A DNA stretch of 63,708 nucleotides, the filler included, from Reticulomyxa filosa (lineage: Eukaryota; Protista; Foraminifera): assembly GCA_000512085.1 (NCBI GenBank). It is 16 parts of 16 records of this genome, joined end to end, with 100 filler letters (N's around TTAATTAATTAA, not from the genome) between each part and the next. Parts side by side here need not be neighbours in the genome. Positions count along the whole stretch, not along the records: positions 60,705 to 63,708 come from ASPP01027726.1; 15 more parts are not named here. The stretch is one strand, 5' to 3'. The position numbers were made by a program, and so were the translations under genes. How positions within the stretch are numbered: position 1 is the stretch's first letter; the number at the start of each line of letters is the position of its first letter. The notes beneath the pieces are model-generated. The model ran no database searches. It was given only the letters and a program-made list of their open reading frames with translations, and was not told the origin of the DNA. Shown here piece by piece: positions 62,500 to 63,708 of the stretch.

Positions 62500-63170
62500 C
62501 AATGAAACTTGTCGATAATGGAAAAATAATGGCATCGACGAAATTATTGTGTTGTCTTCTGTACAAAGGAATTCACAACGCACGCATTGACAATAAAATA
62601 TGTAAATGGAATCAATCATCGTTTGCCACTTGTCACTTCTCACATTGACAATGTTAATGTATTTCAATTAGATCAATTTCAATTTATTAAACACGCCATT
62701 TTATCAGTCTTGTGGTATAAATGTTCCTGATTTGTATTCAAATCTGAAATGGAGCAAAAGAGATGGTCGGAAAAAAAAAAAGTAAAAGGAGAACGAATGA
62801 CGCTGTTCTATAACATTGGAAATGATAATGTGTTTGAGTGCCTGAAATTGTATGTATTTAATATATGCAAACACTCCGTTTTTTATTTTAAATTTGTGTT
62901 GATTGCTATGACATATTATTTTAAAACTTTATTTTGGTCAGCTGTAAATCAGTCCCCTTTTTTTAAAAAGAAAAGCTTAAGCAATTGTTTGCCCAAAAGA
63001 AAAAAATGTCATCCATCACTCACTTCATTCCGTTCAAGTAACTGCTTCTCTCTTACAAGTCTCCAATGAATTGAAAAAGAAAAAGGAGACAAAGGATATT
63101 GTACATGATTTAAATTTGTGTTATGGTTCATCCAAAGGTCCAATTCGTATTTGGGGATAATTTTCTGTTT
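62500..63170 (-). mobile_element. Possible highly decayed piggyBac-like transposase remnant
   Basis: Ordered fragments across frames: KYELDLWM, RLV...VMDDIF, NGV..ID(Q)LK, VRSDKW, IVNACVVNSFV. These resemble piggyBac DNxF, GVD..DQ, RSxKW and xVNAY motifs. Confidence 0.3.
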
Positions 63171-63244
63171 TATGAAATAATAAATAAAAAATTTTTTTGT
63201 TTTGAAAAGTTTTATTAAAAAAAAATAAGGTGATTTGATTGAAT

Positions 63245-63485
63245 GCAAGCATTGAAGGATGGTTTTATTTTGCTTTGTTGTTTCGAAAAATTGAAATAGT
63301 TTTACCAATTTTTTTTAAAGACTTGAAAAGCATAATTAATGAAAATTGTATCCAAATATCAAAATAAATTACAAGATATTTCAAGTGTATTTTTTGTATA
63401 ATCGAGTAAGATTGTTTTTGTATTAATTCATGATATGATTCTTTTCTGTTTAGAAGAACACGGAATATTATTTAAAAACTTGAAA
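63245..63485. repeat. Dispersed repeat family B, copy 2
   Basis: Same-orientation homolog of 43345-43590. Confidence 0.85.
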
Positions 63486-63708
63486 TATTGTTGCTGCCAT
63501 TGAACCTTATTGAAGAATGCAGTGATAGAATAAAAAAAATACAAAGCAATAATGAATTGTTTTAGATGATGCATCAATCAAAACACAATAAGAGAAGTGA
63601 ATGTGATCATAGATTAATTGTGGCTACAAGAAAAGCATTATAAATAGACTTTACGAAATAGAAATGTTTGCTTGCATCAAGTATATTGGAAAACACCATG
63701 ATGGCAAA

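Overview
This is AT-rich, intron-rich eukaryotic DNA read with the standard genetic code. It consists of 16 contigs joined by 15 artificial 100-nt spacers (44 N + TTAATTAATTAA + 44 N). Gene families and intron style suggest a rhizarian/foraminiferan such as Reticulomyxa filosa; this is an inference. The left part (about 3.4-31 kb) holds mostly intact spliced genes: a Rab32/38-like GTPase, an XK-related membrane protein, a Ras-like protein with very large inserts, an aquaporin 3' end, a RhoBTB, a GYD-like small protein, a Ras with A12/N13/V61, and a kinesin-4. About 31-36 kb is a decayed multi-CAP-Gly gene. About 39-53 kb is a repeat- and pseudogene-rich zone in which one Kelch-like propeller family is joined to three different C-terminal modules: WD40, U-box and a caspase-like (C14) protease. 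That zone also holds a second, decayed caspase-like gene, a reused phase-0 adaptor exon, a CRE-like non-LTR retrotransposon relic and foldback palindromes. The best candidate for an undescribed system is this modular propeller-plus-effector family, above all the apparently intact Kelch-(PB1-like)-caspase gene at 51241-53238(-), whose catalytic Cys region falls in an assembly gap. All domain calls come from motif recognition by eye; no searches were run. No rRNA, tRNA or CRISPR could be supported.
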